A stretch of 64,000 nucleotides of DNA from Perkinsus chesapeaki ATCC PRA-425 (lineage: Eukaryota > Protista > Perkinsozoa): positions 124,001-188,000 of the forward strand of contig JAAPAO010000003.1 of assembly GCA_013115145.1 (NCBI GenBank), in the 5' to 3' direction. Positions 34,471 to 47,483 of this stretch are shown piece after piece. The position numbers and the translations under genes are program-made. The notes beneath the pieces were generated by a model that saw only the letters and a program-made list of their open reading frames with translations, was not told the DNA's origin and did not search any database. How positions within the stretch are numbered: the stretch's first letter is position 1; the number at the start of each line of letters is the position of its first letter.

Positions 34471-37400
34471 CCACCGCCTGGCTCTCCTAGGCCCAGTATT
34501 GATGAGCTGTCGCTGCTAAGCTCATACCCTCCTATCGAATGAGCGTGCTGTTGAACGGGAAGCCCTCCAGCTGCAGAACTCACTGACGGTCGCTGCTGTT
34601 GTGGTGGCATGTTGACCGAAGGCGGTTGGTACGTTGATGATGTCGGCAAGCTAGTGGTGGTGCTATATGAGTCCGGAGCTGAATAGAGGCTCCTCATCTC
34701 GGCCGGTGGGGAGTGACTAACACTAGCGACCCTCGGCGGCTGCGATCCCCCAGTTTCGGACAGCGGTGGGGACACTCTCCGCAAAGACTCGAACACGTCC
34801 ATTAGTTGCTGCGGCGGCTGCACACCGGCCACGTTCGGCAATGAGGAGTTCCGCGAAATCTGCGGGGGAGTGCTAGTGTAGCTCACAGTGCGAGACAGAG
34901 GTGCGCCGCTGGTGACCCACGGAGAGACTGTCGGTGGAACGCTGCCGGACCTCGGCACCTGACTCCCAACAATGCCGCTATCCGTGCCGATGTTGCCTAT
35001 TACCGCCGCCGCGTTCGGTCTGGGAGGCGTACCAGGCAGCACCGATGGCACAGAGGCCTCAATGCTCGGTGATGAGTGTTGGACAGGAGCCTGCTGTGAT
35101 GGAGGCGACGACTGTGATGGCATCACCATACTAGTGGCATGATGAAGTGCTGGAGTGGCCGACCCTGCCGCAGCACCAGCCACACTGCTGCTGCTGGTTG
35201 TGACAGTCGCTGCTGCTGCCGCCAAGGGTGTGGTGGCTGCTGCTGCTGTTTGACCAGCGGCTGCCCCCGATGACAGACTGTAGAGGGTCTTCTCCATCAT
35301 GTCCATCGCCTTCGCTGACTCCGCCTGCCGAACTTGCCGCTTGCGTTCCGCTTCCTAAAACGATCCTCCTCCACCGCAAAAGTCCCCCCCGCGGCCACCT
35401 GCCCTACCTGTTTTGCTTTCAGCTTGGCCTCTGCTCGCTTGGCCTCCCTCTCCTCAATCTTCTGCCTCCTAGACTCCAGCGAGTCCACCAACAGCTGCCA
35501 TGTCCGGTCGTCCATGTTACCGTCAACTGGTAGGCTGTGATACTCCTGGAAGCTCTTAATAACATCGACCGTCGCCGGGCACATGACACCGAGCTTGGGG
35601 TAGGCGCTCAACTTCACACTAGGGACCACCGCAGCCAGGGCTATCTGCACCCAAGCGACGTCCTCCTCTGTCGGGGCGTGACCGTCGTTGAGCGGCGGAG
35701 GTATCTCAGGAAAAATCGGCACCTCAGCCGCCAGAGTAGCACCCGCCTTGCTGCTGCTTGCCGAATCCGCGCCCGACATACCAGAGTCACCGTATTCAGC
35801 GATCATGACTTCCTTGTAGAAGTTCGGTACCACCTGCCGTGCGCCGACACCAGTGACGGTATCATTGGTGAGATGGGCTGTGGACTCCGGGGTGAGATGT
35901 ACGTACTTCGACATGCTAGGCTTCTTCACCAGCTTAGCACCGCCGCTGCTGCTCGCCAGGATATCCACGCCTGTGGGAATGTGCCGTCCGCTGCAGCCAG
36001 CATGAGATATGGATCTCGGTGCTGGAGGTGGCTTGCCTGAGCCCATTAGATGGTTGCTGGGAGATACTACCCCAGTAGCCCCCGAAGGGCTTGAAGATGT
36101 CGCCACCGGCTGCTGCTGCTGAACTATGTCTTGAGAAGGAGGAGGCGTCGTCACCCGTGGGGTGCTGCTGGTAGAGGCTTCCATCTCCTTGACAGCTGGC
36201 ACCACAGGTGTTGTCTGCTCGCCAGCGATACGGGTAGGAGCAGCCTGAGCATTGTTAACCGCTACTGCCGCTCGGAGATTAGTGGCCACGGGAGCCGATG
36301 CTGTTGTGGTTGGTGTCGAAGTCGGCACAGTGGCTGCAACGGCGGCGTAGGTCTGCGGGTTATTCGCCGGTGGTGGCGTTGCCCCCACTGCTGGAGAGGC
36401 GCTGCCGAGCTTGGTGTCATCCAAGGCCTCGACGGCATCTGCCGTAAGCGGTTCACGCTCGCTCGCTTCGTACCGCCGGCCAGCCTCCAAAGCCGCCGCT
36501 GCTGGTGGGGTACTAGCCCTGGCCAGGAACGGCGGAGAGTCTGCCATCTTGTCTTCTCCATTCTCTTCAGCAAGTGATCCTGAGGCAGCAGCTTGCTCCC
36601 CCTGCTTGGTCGCAGTGCCGCCTGCAATAGCGGCCGCTACGGCTGGTGGTAGGGGAACTCCTTCTTCCAAGGCGATCTGCTTCACCCGTACAAAAACGGC
36701 CTGCCGAATCTTCTGGACGAGACGGTCCCTGTTGACCTCCCGCCAGACCAAGTTGTTCTCCAGGAGCTCCTCCGCAATGGAGTCGCACGTGTCCTCATCC
36801 AAGCTGTACTCAAAATTGATGCGCTGAAACCTGACACGACAATCCGACAAAGACGACATCGAAGACTCGGCAACAAATCTCACTTGTCCGTTTCCGTCTC
36901 GATGAGCAAGACCACTTTAGTGACCCTGTCCGAGTGGAGCTGGTTACGGCAAAAGTCTTCAATCTCGTCGGGCAACGGCACAGTACCATCATGATCCACA
37001 ACTGCTGCCATAACCTTCTCGTTCGGTGGCCTCTGGGCCACGTCACGTCTAATGACAGCCTCCCCACCAGTGAGCTTGGGAGAGTTAGCTGCTTCAATGT
37101 GGGTAGTGGCTGATATAAGCTGAGGGGCTTCGCTAGTGTCGCTGCTCTGGTCTAGGATGGCCTTCGAAGGAGGTACTGCTTGCCGAACTGCTGCCGATAG
37201 CAGGGCCATGGGGACCGAGGTGGTACGGTTGCTGAAAGAAAATAAAGTTAACAAAAGCAGCAGCAGCAGCAGGGGGCAATTACTACCTAAGAGTCACCAT
37301 GCCGTCACTCTCCTCAACATCACTTGGCGTCGGCGATACCTGTCCCACTCGAGCTGGAGTGCTCTTGATGCTTTCTGCGTCTCCATTAACATCTGGTGGT

Positions 37401-38779
37401 GCCAGAAACTGGCCGGAGGCATGTCGAGGGCCAGACCGACCCCCTCCGCTCGTGTCACCGAGATTCCGGCCAGCGTCACGCCTGTGAATTACAGTGGAGA
37501 CCTCACTCCGACCAATTTCATCACCGACGCCCCTAGGGGTCGCAGGATTCGACCGACTAATTCCTCGAGGGCTAACCTCTCCTGCTGGGGATGCCGGGGG
37601 AGTGCTAGCGGCACCATCACCATCGACTTGCCCCGACTGGCCACGAGTTTTCCGAGGCCGATGACCCTTCTCCTTAGCAGGGGTCTTCTCAGGCGGGCCC
37701 TCAGTCTCACCCTCCTTGGGCGGTAGGGGCTCCAAAGTGGCCAGCTCGTCACCGTCATCCTTCTGATTCCAGTACGGCATTGCCAGCAGCTCCGCCGCTG
37801 TGGGCCTCTTCGCTGGGTCCTTCTCAATGCATTGCTCTATGATATGCTTTAACTCCTTATTATTTATCCGCTCCAAGCTCTCCGGCATCTCACCGTTAAT
37901 AACCTTCTTGTAGATCTGTCCCGGCGTAGTGCACTCGGCGTAAGGGAATTTCCTAGTGACCATTTCCAGCAGGCACATACCAAAGGCATATATATCAACT
38001 GGAGGACCATACTTCTCCTCGTATAGTTCAGGGGCCATGAATTCAGGTGTCCCCACGATCGAGGTCGCAACAGAAGCATGCTGCAGGGCCGTGGAGAGAC
38101 CAAGGTCACCAATAAGGACTTTACCGTCGCTTCCATTGATGAAAATATTATCACACTTCAGATCCCTGTGGATGACGGGTACCTTAAGCTCGTTGTGAAG
38201 GTAGTTGATACCCTCCAGGATCTGCTTGCACCACATCCTTATCACCTTAACCTTCAGAGGCCCGTCAAGGCGGTTGATGTACTGCCGTAGAGAGCCGCCA
38301 TTTACCCTTTCGGTGATGAAGACCACTTCCTCCTTCTTTTTATTAATCCATGCATTAATAAATGATATTATCCTATCATGGTCCAATGACTTTGCAATTT
38401 TAATCTCGTCATCGATCCGCTTCCGCTCGTGCCTGGAAAGATGCGCGAACGATATAACGTTCCACGCGACCTCCCGGCCAGTATCATTATCAAACGCCAA
38501 GTAGACCGTCTTGTAGCTGCCAGATCCCAATTTCCTGTTAAATCGATGGAACCGCCCCTTAGGGCTCTTCTCCACCACACATTCCTGACCAGATTGGGAC
38601 CGCAACCGACCGCCACCACCCCCCACATGGGGCACCGAATTGCTACTGTCACTGCTCGAGCCCGATGATAATGACGAGGAGGCAGCACCAGACGATGCAT
38701 TCGAGAAATCCTCGTCTCGAGAAAGATTCTTCTCATCTTCAGAAGTTGTCTCGTGCTCCTTTAAAGTAGATGTCGGCAT
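34338..38779 (-). CDS. WNK: WNK-family Ser/Thr kinase with CCT-like domain and peptidoglycan-binding-like (PG_binding_1) domain
   Basis: LGSGSYKTVY (Lys in G-loop), VAWN (no subdomain II Lys), IHRDLKCDNIFING, IGDLGLS, VGTPEFMAPELYEE; later INFEYSLDEDTCDSIAEEL and DVAWVQIAL...FQEYHSLPVDG...TWQLL. Confidence 0.9.
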
Positions 38780-39380
38780 AAGGTTTTGCTGTTGTTCTTG
38801 TTGCTAGTGGTAAAAGATTCTCAAAGGTCAATCTTATGAGCCTTGATATTATTTTCCCGGTCTTATACGGTGAAAATAGTAAATAGTAATCCACGACGAC
38901 AGATGCCGATTAGGTTATGCACAAAAGGGGTGGAAAAGTAGCACGCAACGACAACAATCGACGGAAAGGTAGTCGACGTCGACGTCGCTCAGTTCTGACC
39001 GTTGAGGAAATGCAAGATAGCAAGATATTGTAAGTTTTGCCAAGATTGCAAGATTTCACCGCTTTGGTGCGCATAAGCTCGACTTCAGCGTAATAGGTGC
39101 GCATGTAATTAGCGAAAACTTTTCCCATTTCGAGGATCCTGTATGAGAGTTTAGGTCGACATTGTATCTTGTTGGATATTTTGAGGTTAACTTGATTGAC
39201 CATATATCTGGGATGTTGCTCTGTTAAATTTCTCTTAAGGAAGCCTAAGCGTTCTCACGGCTCGACGCTTAGCGGCTCGTACTGTGGCCACACTAGAGGC
39301 GGTCTTACTAATTTCGTGGCGCATCGCTTATCAGCTGTATAAAAGTGGTTATTAGTTTCAACGCTTGTTTTGTTCCAGTA
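38780..39380. promoter_or_regulatory. divergent strand-switch region, putative bidirectional promoter
   Basis: Lies between the starts of the minus-strand block (WNK) and plus-strand block (V-ATPase H); contains GCGCAT x3, palindrome GTCGACGTCGAC (38972-38983) and inverted repeat CTAAGCGT/ACGCTTAG (39245-39272). Confidence 0.5.
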
Positions 39381-41122
39381 ATGCAAGAATCGCACCAGCG
39401 TCTGCTCGAGCAAGCTAAGGCAGCTCCCGATGATTACTCCCGAGAGGCCGCCATTTTGAGCTCCAAGCCCGACTGGGACTCGTAAGCCTGATAGGTTGCC
39501 GTCCGCAATATTATATCTTATTATTTAGTTTGGAGACATCGGGCCAGATCCCTAAGGGTTCCGCTCAGTGGCTTAACCAGATCCACGGCGCTTCCGGCAG
39601 TGCTGTTGTCACTCTTGCTCAGCGTAACGAAGAGGTAAGAAAAGATTCTAACTAGGTTGATTGGATGCCCGGTGTCTGTTAGGTTATTAGCGGCCTCCTT
39701 TCAGTTGTCAAGAATGTTACCGACATGCATGCCGTCCAGTACGCCCTCACTGTCATCTACGAGGCCACGTAATTTCGCTCATTTTCATTCATTCATTATG
39801 GTTCCTTTTTAGTCGTTATGACTCTTCCTTCTGGAACCTTCTCGTAGACTTCGCCAGGAAGACCGATGTCCTCGCCCCCTTCACCCGCTTCTTGAGCTCC
39901 GACCGTGCCGCGGACGATTCCTACTCGAGCGATAAGGCCGTAGGATACCTCAGCCCTCTGGCCGCCCTTCACTTTGATTTTGTCAGATTTACATCTTAAC
40001 CGATATCATGAGTCATGATGGTGGCAGGAAGTTCAACCCTCAGGAGGTAGGCTAGGCGGCAGGGCGGCGTGAAGTTAAGATTCTGTCAGGCTAAGATGGT
40101 CGCCGACTCCGTCGCTGATGACAAAAACATGAAGTTCAGAGGTGTCACTCATTTGGGTCGCCTCGATGCCTTCTGCAACCTCCTCAAGTTTGACGGTTTC
40201 CGTGAGGTTGTCTGGAGCAACAAGAAGGTCCAGAGATGTATCATGGACGCCATCTCTGGTTCTGAGTCCTCCGACCCTCTGGTCCTCTACCGTGGCGTCT
40301 TCTGCCTGTGGTGTGTCAGCTTCAACGAGCAGATCGTTTCCACCTCCATCGCCGAGAACGGTGACGATATCGTACAGGTAAGCTGCTTCACTTGTTTTTG
40401 CCAATGGCCATCGACGCTCTTCAGGCCCTCCTTTCGGTCGCTGCCAACTGCCGTGTCGAGAAGGTCATCCGTATGGCTCTAGCCGTCTTGAACAACTTCC
40501 TTAAGGATGACAAGATGTGCACTGCCATCGTGGAGAGCGGTATCATCCACTACGTCCAGAACTTGGAGTACGAGAAGTGGCGTGACCAGGAGCTTTATGA
40601 GGACATCCGCAAGGTCGCCGCTATGATCGCTAGCGAGGTAGGCTCCTATAGGATATTTCATTAGGGTTGCGTTACGTTGTCGTTGTTGTGGTTTAGGTGA
40701 ATACTCATACCAACTTTGAGCGTTATGAGAATGAGCTCAAGACTGGCAAGCTGCGTTGGGGCTTCATCCATTCGGAGAAGTTCTGGCTCGAGAACGCCGA
40801 GAAGTTCGAGAAGGACCAGTTTGCCGCTGTGAAGGCTCTCGTTGCCCTCCTTAAGTCGGACTCTGCTGACGACACTACCAAGGCCGTGGCCTGCCACGAC
40901 ATTGGCGAGTTTGCTCGTCTCTATCCCACTGGCAAACAGGTGTTGAACCGCCTGTCCGCCAAGCCGGCCGTCATGGCCCTGATGACCAGCAAGGATCGCG
41001 ATGTAAGTGATATGTTGATCGGTAGCTGTTATGTTGTTGTTTAGGTCGCTCGCGAGGCCCTCCTTGCCACCCAGAAGCTGATGTTAAACAAGTGGCAGGC
41101 ACTTCAGCAGCCCAACTTGTAA
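39381..41122 (+). CDS. ATP6V1H: V-type proton ATPase subunit H
   Basis: EKVIRMALA, LEYEKWRDQEL, LKTGKLRWGFIHSEKFWLENA, AVACHDIGEFARLYP, EALLATQKLM. Confidence 0.95.
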
Positions 41123-41624
41123 AATGTTTAGACGACGGCAGCAGCGGCAATGTGGCTGCAGCAGTACAACAAACTGGTCATCATTATCATCATCATTTCC
41201 GCAGCCTGTCTTTTTAAGTTCACTTGAGAGAGGACGACTGAGACTGAAGTCGAGGCTCACTCAACCTCGAGATAATTCCAAAGACCGTCGCCTTACTAGC
41301 ACTACCTCCCCGTCTGTTGCTCTAGCCAGCGGCGCTTGTGACGGGGCGGTTGATACTGATACTGGCGGTCTTAGATTCATTACAGTATTCTCGATTTAGC
41401 CGCTACGGTGGCGGGATATATCCCCTCCTTTGTGGCTGATGAGTGGTGTCCACTACTTATTGTCTTGGTCCATGGTCGGCAATGCTTCCTCGGCTGTGAG
41501 TGTTGGTACTACTACTACTTCTGCTGCAGCTGCTATTGCTGAATCTCGAGTGACTGAGTTTCTTCTTCGTTGGCTGTTATTGCGTTGGAGTCTGCTGCCA
41601 TAGCGTGGAGGGTTTTGAGCTGCA

Positions 41625-43607
41625 ATGGCCTCGGTGGAGCCTCCGTGGAAGCGGCTGCGATCGACAGCCAAGCCGCCTACTCCGCCTCAACCTCCGCCGG
41701 GCCGGCCTCCTAAGGTGACAATAAAGCCAGTGGTGGATCTGGTCGAGGAAACTGTGATGTGGCCTGAGGAAGGGATTCCGGAGATAACCTTGGATGCTTG
41801 CTGCAAGCACTATCGAGACCTTACTAAAAGCACAGAGAAGGTAGAAGTGAGAGGGTGGCCGCCGATCAGTGCATAAATGGTGCAGGTCAACCTTACGCTG
41901 TCTAGGCGGGGCGCCACGGAAGTGTTGGGTCAGGCCACGGCGGAGTCACCTGCTGAGCCTCCTTCTCGGGATGAAAGTGATGCTAAGGATCCTGATGCTG
42001 TAAGTCGGGGTAGCGTGGCGTATCTTCGGCAGCAGGTGGTGGCCATCGGGTGGCGGTCGTATGGTTATGGCAAAAACTCAAAGATAGAACAATCCAATAT
42101 ATTAGTATTAGTGGAATGCTGTGGAACTGATAATAATATATATACCGGGAAAGCCAACTAGGAAGCCATGATATTTTCGGCAGTCGCTGGGGGGGGGCAA
42201 GTCGGGGAAGTCAATGGTAGGTACCGACGATACTGTGTACGCTGCGAAGAGACAGAGATCCTCGATCGGTTATAACCTCTGAGACCGGCGATCTTGTCGT
42301 AGCCGTTGACCCGCAATATAGTGGATCATACGGCCACTTGAGGGAGAAGCGAGCAAACTCGACGACGACCCTGTCTGGGGAGGGCCAGCCTCAACAAGCC
42401 GATAGCGTGAAGGCTTCAGTGAGCGAGTCTGACTCGGGGCGTGACGCTGTGACGCCGATGGAAAGGAGTGAGGGGGACCAGCGCAGTGTGAGGAGCCCGA
42501 GTCCTGTGAGGAGCCCGAGCCAGGTGGCTAGCTCGCCACCTTGGGTCAGGGCCGCGGCGGCTGCAGCTGCCAGCCTTGCATGGTTTGGCAAGGGGAAGGG
42601 GATGCATCCACCGCCGTTCATGGCGCCAGCATTCGCCAGAATGGCGGCAATGAACCGGATGAGGGCTGCGCAGGGGTACACCGACCAGAGGGGCGAGGGT
42701 CCGCGGCCAGAGCAGATGTCTGAGGGTGTCGAATACAATGGACAACGGCAAGCGAATTTTGCACAAACGGCTGTCCCCATGGATCAGTCGGCCTGTGGGA
42801 TGCCAGGCCAACCTGTGCCGGGCCTTCAGTACCAGCCGCCACGTCCGGCAGCTCAAGGGGGCACGGAGGGCTTCATGCCAGGGCCTTATCAAGGAGGGCC
42901 CTACCAGACAGGAGGAATGCCGCCGGCCGAGCCCTTTCCAAACCACCCGCAGCATATCCCTGGTCTGCCGCCCCAGCAGCCACCGATGCCACCGTGGGCT
43001 GGCAGGGGCCAGTACGGTCCCTCCGGTGGGGGGTATCGGTGAGCTTTGTGCTACCCTGTAGCATTCCTGTACCCTTTTTTGTGATCGTTTCTTTAATCAT
43101 AGTGGGTTGATCTATTGGGACGGTGGCCAGGACGGTACAGGTTTCAGCTTCACAATGCGGACGGCGGAAGCATCGAAGGCCTCCTCTCCGAATGCCTATC
43201 CTCACGTCCAGGAGCCCTCAGCACCTTCCTACGAGGCATATGGCGGGAACGACTCCTGGCAGGACGGATGTGAATCTGAGGGCGCATCTGAGCGGCAAGC
43301 CTTCTACGGCTACCGCCCGACAGCCGATGACTATAATAGTGGATATAGCTGGTCTCAGGTGGGCAGCGAAAGGTGAGGTAGGGTGAGCAAGTCATATCAG
43401 AAGACAGAATCGCCGCGTACAGAGGAGCGGAAACGAGAAAGTGAATCGACCAGTAGTGGTGACCGGAGACCATCGCGGACGGCAGACATCGGCCCGGAGG
43501 AGGCAATGCGAGCTCTGATCTACCACGGTGTGATGTACACTGTACGATGCTTACGGAAGGCTGGGACATGGGTAGGCATTAAAATGTGCAATAAGATCGA
43601 GAGGTGA
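41625..43607 (+). CDS. hypothetical P/G/Q-rich protein, multi-exon (3' end approximate)
   Basis: Chain of ORFs bounded by GT-AG; N-terminal part has a weak dsRBD-like pattern (SYGYGKNSKIEQ followed by a helix). Confidence 0.5.
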
Positions 43608-43904
43608 GTTGATGGTGCCGTGGCTCTCGGTGAAAGGTTGGTCTCAGACAGTTGGTGGCCAAGAGGCAGACCTCGATCAGAGGAGGTGAGCCCACGAGCC
43701 GACTCGCCCTGTATTTCGTTGATGGGGCGCTGCAGCGGACCAGGAGGATTCATGACTGGCTGGCCGTGCAAAATATCTGAAAGGCTTTTAAGATTTGTAT
43801 TCCTTCACCCATACGGTTTTGTTATTCGAGCTGATCGGCGCCGCGTTCGGTCTGGGGGAGATGGGATGCTAGAGGCGTTGTTGCTGTTGTTGATAAGATC
43901 TGAT

Positions 43905-44939
43905 ATGCGCCTGACAGCCGACCTCATCGAGCAGAGTGGGGAGCAGATGATAACCCCGGCGGGCGATAGAGCTCTGGTCCTCCGAGGGTAGGCCCGGGTG
44001 GTGGTGGTGATCTATGATGTCTGTGTTGTGGCTGGCAGGTTGAAGATTCCCGTGATGGAGAATTTGAGCGCTACCAAAGACCACTACGACTGTCTGGACC
44101 TTACTGACAACGATATCGCCAAGATCCCCAACGAGAGCGCGCCTCTTCTGCGGCTGCGAACTCTGGTAGCGGCGGACACGTGCCTTCCGAATAGCTAAGT
44201 TGTTTTGGCCAGATGCTGGCCAACAACCGCATCAGTCGCATAGGATCCTCGTGCTTCGACAACATGCCTAATCTGACCAGCGTCGTTCTCACCAATAACC
44301 GCCTTGAGAAACTGCAGGATCTCTACCCACTGGGTCAATGTAATGGTCTGGTGTGGCGGGGGGATAGTGCTCCTCAGTGCGGCATTTGGAGCGCGTCACA
44401 ATCCTTGACAATGACGTGTGCAACGCCCAGCACTACCGGCTTTTCCTGATCCACATCCTACCCAAGACGGTTAGATTCATCGACTTCTCAAGGGTCAAGG
44501 ACAAGGTAGTATCACAAAGGCCCGGATGGCCTGATGGACGGCGGCGGGTGGTCAGGAACGCGACGCGGCGACCAAGTTATTTGGTGGACCGGAGGGAGAG
44601 AAGTTCCTGTTGAAGATAGCGCCACGATTGAGCCAAGAGGAAGAGGAGAGCGCTAATAAGGCGGAGAGCAAGGAGAACTTGCCGAATGGTAATAGCGGGG
44701 CTTGCTGGCGGTGGATACGGTATGGACTTTAGGAGCTCCGTCGGATAGAGGCCTGCTGTTGGCTCGCATAAAGGAGGCTATCGAGGCAGCCTCTTCAATG
44801 GAGGAGGTTACCAAGCTCGAGAAGGCCCTCAGGACCGGTAGCTACTGCAGCTTTCCGGTAGTACGACTGTCTTGTGGTAGGTGAGATCCCCCCTGAGATA
44901 GAGGCGCGTCTGTCCTCCCCTACAGAAGAAAAGAAGTGA
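43905..44939 (+). CDS. SNRPA1: U2 snRNP protein A'
   Basis: MRLTADLIEQS, LRGLKIPVMENL, DCLDLTDNDI, LRTLMLANNRISRI, LVLTNN-like LTNNRL, YRLFLIHILP..RFIDF. Confidence 0.95.
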
Positions 44940-45071
44940 TATAAACGTTCCAATAATGTTTTATTCCGACATCTGTGGTCTCCTCGGGCTGCCGCCGATG
45001 TGGTCATCTTGGGCTTGCGTTGACTTACGTTCACTGAGGGCTTGTCAGATCTTTTCTAGTATACGGTAGAA

Positions 45072-47043
45072 ATGGCGCCCCTTCCTGGTTGGGATGATCC
45101 CGCAGCAGCCCCAGCAGCGCCACCGCCTCCCGGCCCTCCCGATGAGTACAACGGAGGTCGCTATGAGCGGGGCAGGGACCGTGGCAGACGGCAAAGCGGC
45201 TCTCGTGGAGGGAGCCGGGGTAGAACCTCCACACGCGACAGTCGAAGTCGCAGACGTTCGAGGTAGCCTCCGATTAGGGAAGGGAGGATATGGTGAACGG
45301 TGGCAGGTCCAGAGATCGCGGCAGCCGCCATCAGCAGCAGCGTCGAGGAAGGTCTAGATCCGGCTCGTCGTCGGGGTCCTCATCCAGCTCTCGGAGCTCC
45401 AGGTCTCGATCTCGGTCGAGACGCCGACATGCGAGGAAGAGCGGCTGGGACGATCAGACTGAGCAGCCAGAAGCGAGACACAGCAACTTCAGTAGGCTGG
45501 CGGCTGAGGCGGGGCGGGAAGCTAATGCTGCTGTGGTTTAGGTTCAGCGCCCCCGGATGGATCTGTGGACCAGCAGATACTGCTGCAGCAGGCGATGCTC
45601 GGCGGTGGGGCCGGTGCTAATAAGAAGTCTAAGGAGGTGAGAGATGCTTGAGGAGAATGAAGTCGCATTTTCTTTGGTAGCTGTACGTGGGCAATCTGGC
45701 TCAAGGGCAGGCGAACCAGGCCAACCTAAGGGCTTTCTTCAACAATGCTTTGTCGGCCCTGCCGGAGTATCAGCAGAAGTAAGTTATGCCGAGATCACCG
45801 ATGCCAGGGGGGCATGCTTCGGTTAGGTACGCCGCTTTACTGCCCACTGGTGCCGTCAGAGAGGTGAGGATGTCCGTGGAAGGAATGTACGCATTCGTCG
45901 AGTTCGCCTCGGAGGAAATCGCTGTAACGTGTCTGGAGTTTGATAAGGCTGAGTTCCTCGGTAAGTTGGCAAGCGGACTGGTCGTCTAGTGCTCGCCCGA
46001 ATCAGGCCGACCAATGAAGATCGGACGACCCACTGGCTTGGCTCTACCCGGCCCAGCCCCGCCCCCTATGGACGTCAGTGTCCTGCGCAACCAAGGATTC
46101 CTCCCTGGTAAGCAGCGTCTCGAGTTGGGGCACATGATCATCATCGGACATTCCTCTCAGGCAAGGGCATGCCATCCAACCCCTCACAGAACCGGAAGCA
46201 GCGGGAGCTCTACGTCGGAAATCTGGCTGTAAGACGGTTTGAGATAAGCGTCGTTGGGATGCCTGCTGCTGCAGGTCGGTGTGGTGACCCCACAAGTCCT
46301 ACATGAGCTGTTCGAGCCTGCCTGTAAAGTGCTGCCGGACTATGACCCTACTTTGGGGCCACCGGTGCTGCAGGCCGATATCAGAGGAGATGGAAGGTAG
46401 GTGGCACCTGATGATCGGTTGAGGGAGTCGTAGAGGAAGACCATATGTTCCTAGGGGGAATGCCTTCAGTGTTTTCTTTCATCCTAGGCACCTCTAGGCA
46501 TCGTCTTCGTATTAGGAACAGTTCTCGATCCTCGGGAAACACATGTCTGAGGATAGATGCCGCCCTGCCTGATGGATTCCTCTCCCCTCTTTGCCAGGTT
46601 TGCCTTTGTCGAGTTCCAAAACGACCGGCTAGCAAGCGCGGCTATGAGCATCTTCAACGGGGTAAACCAAAGGGGGGCTGCCTCCACCTGCAACACTGCT
46701 GTTGTTCATTCAGATGGAAGTCCTTGGTCGCCGACTAGTCTGCAGTCGACCCCAAGGCTACGAGCCCCCAGTAGCCGGTAGCCTGCCAGCGCCCGCAGCT
46801 ACTCAACAGTGGAACGCCATGCCGCAGCAAGCCAGTATAGGCTGGGGAATGCAGGGCGGAGGAGGCGGCCAAGGGTGGGGCGGAGAGCAGCAACAACAGC
46901 AAGGATGGGGCCGTGGAGGCTTTGATAACGCCAACAATACACCGTTACAGAATCCGAGGAACTTTGGAGGGCCGGCAGATGGTCAGGACGCGGCAGCGAG
47001 GGCCGGTGCGGAGGCTGCCCAAGCTCTCTTGGGTGGACGCTGA
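45072..47043 (+). CDS. U2AF large-subunit-like splicing factor (RS domain, ULM, two RRM1-type domains, no UHM seen)
   Basis: RS tract, RRRHARKSGWDD, LYVGNL...FAFVEF/YAFVEF...GRPMKIGRP and ...GRRLVCSRP. Confidence 0.8.
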
Positions 47044-47483
47044 GAATGCTCCCGGTGGTGGATGGTCGTCCGAAGGGATAACGTCTATGGGGCCAACTTG
47101 AGAAGCTGCTGCTGCTGCCCCCGCCAACATCACTAAAATCGTTAGCTTCAAACCCTACTGCGATTGTTTGGTTTTGTGACGTGAGGAGGAGCTAGTAGTT
47201 TAATTTTGTGGCGCAGCGGTCATCTTGGGAACTCGCTGTTAATGTGTGTTATTGTTTTATAGGCCCTAGCGCGTTTTTTGCGCATGCGTGCAAGGAGCGT
47301 TTTTGACCGTATTTTTGTCACGCGATGTGGGAACGAGTTACTCTACTTCACTTCCCTTCTCGATCCCGACCACTTCGTGGGTTGATAACCGAACTCTTCT
47401 GAGATACTATATTTTGACGAAGAGTCTTTGCAGCTCCTCTTCCCCTCTTCCCTTCGCCTCCCCCTCCCCCCTCCCCCTTGACA

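Noticed and set aside
38910-39203. 97-aa minus ORF upstream of WNK
   Set aside because: No motifs; lies in the presumptive promoter/5' leader.
45694-45705. ATCTGGCTCAAG matches the 3' end of the Perkinsus-type spliced leader
   Set aside because: It lies inside the conserved RNP2 codons (VGNLAQG) of the U2AF-like exon; coincidental, not an SL relic or SL RNA gene.
47440-47480. C-rich tract (possible G-quadruplex on the minus strand)
   Set aside because: More simply a polypyrimidine tract before the AEP-SH3 start.
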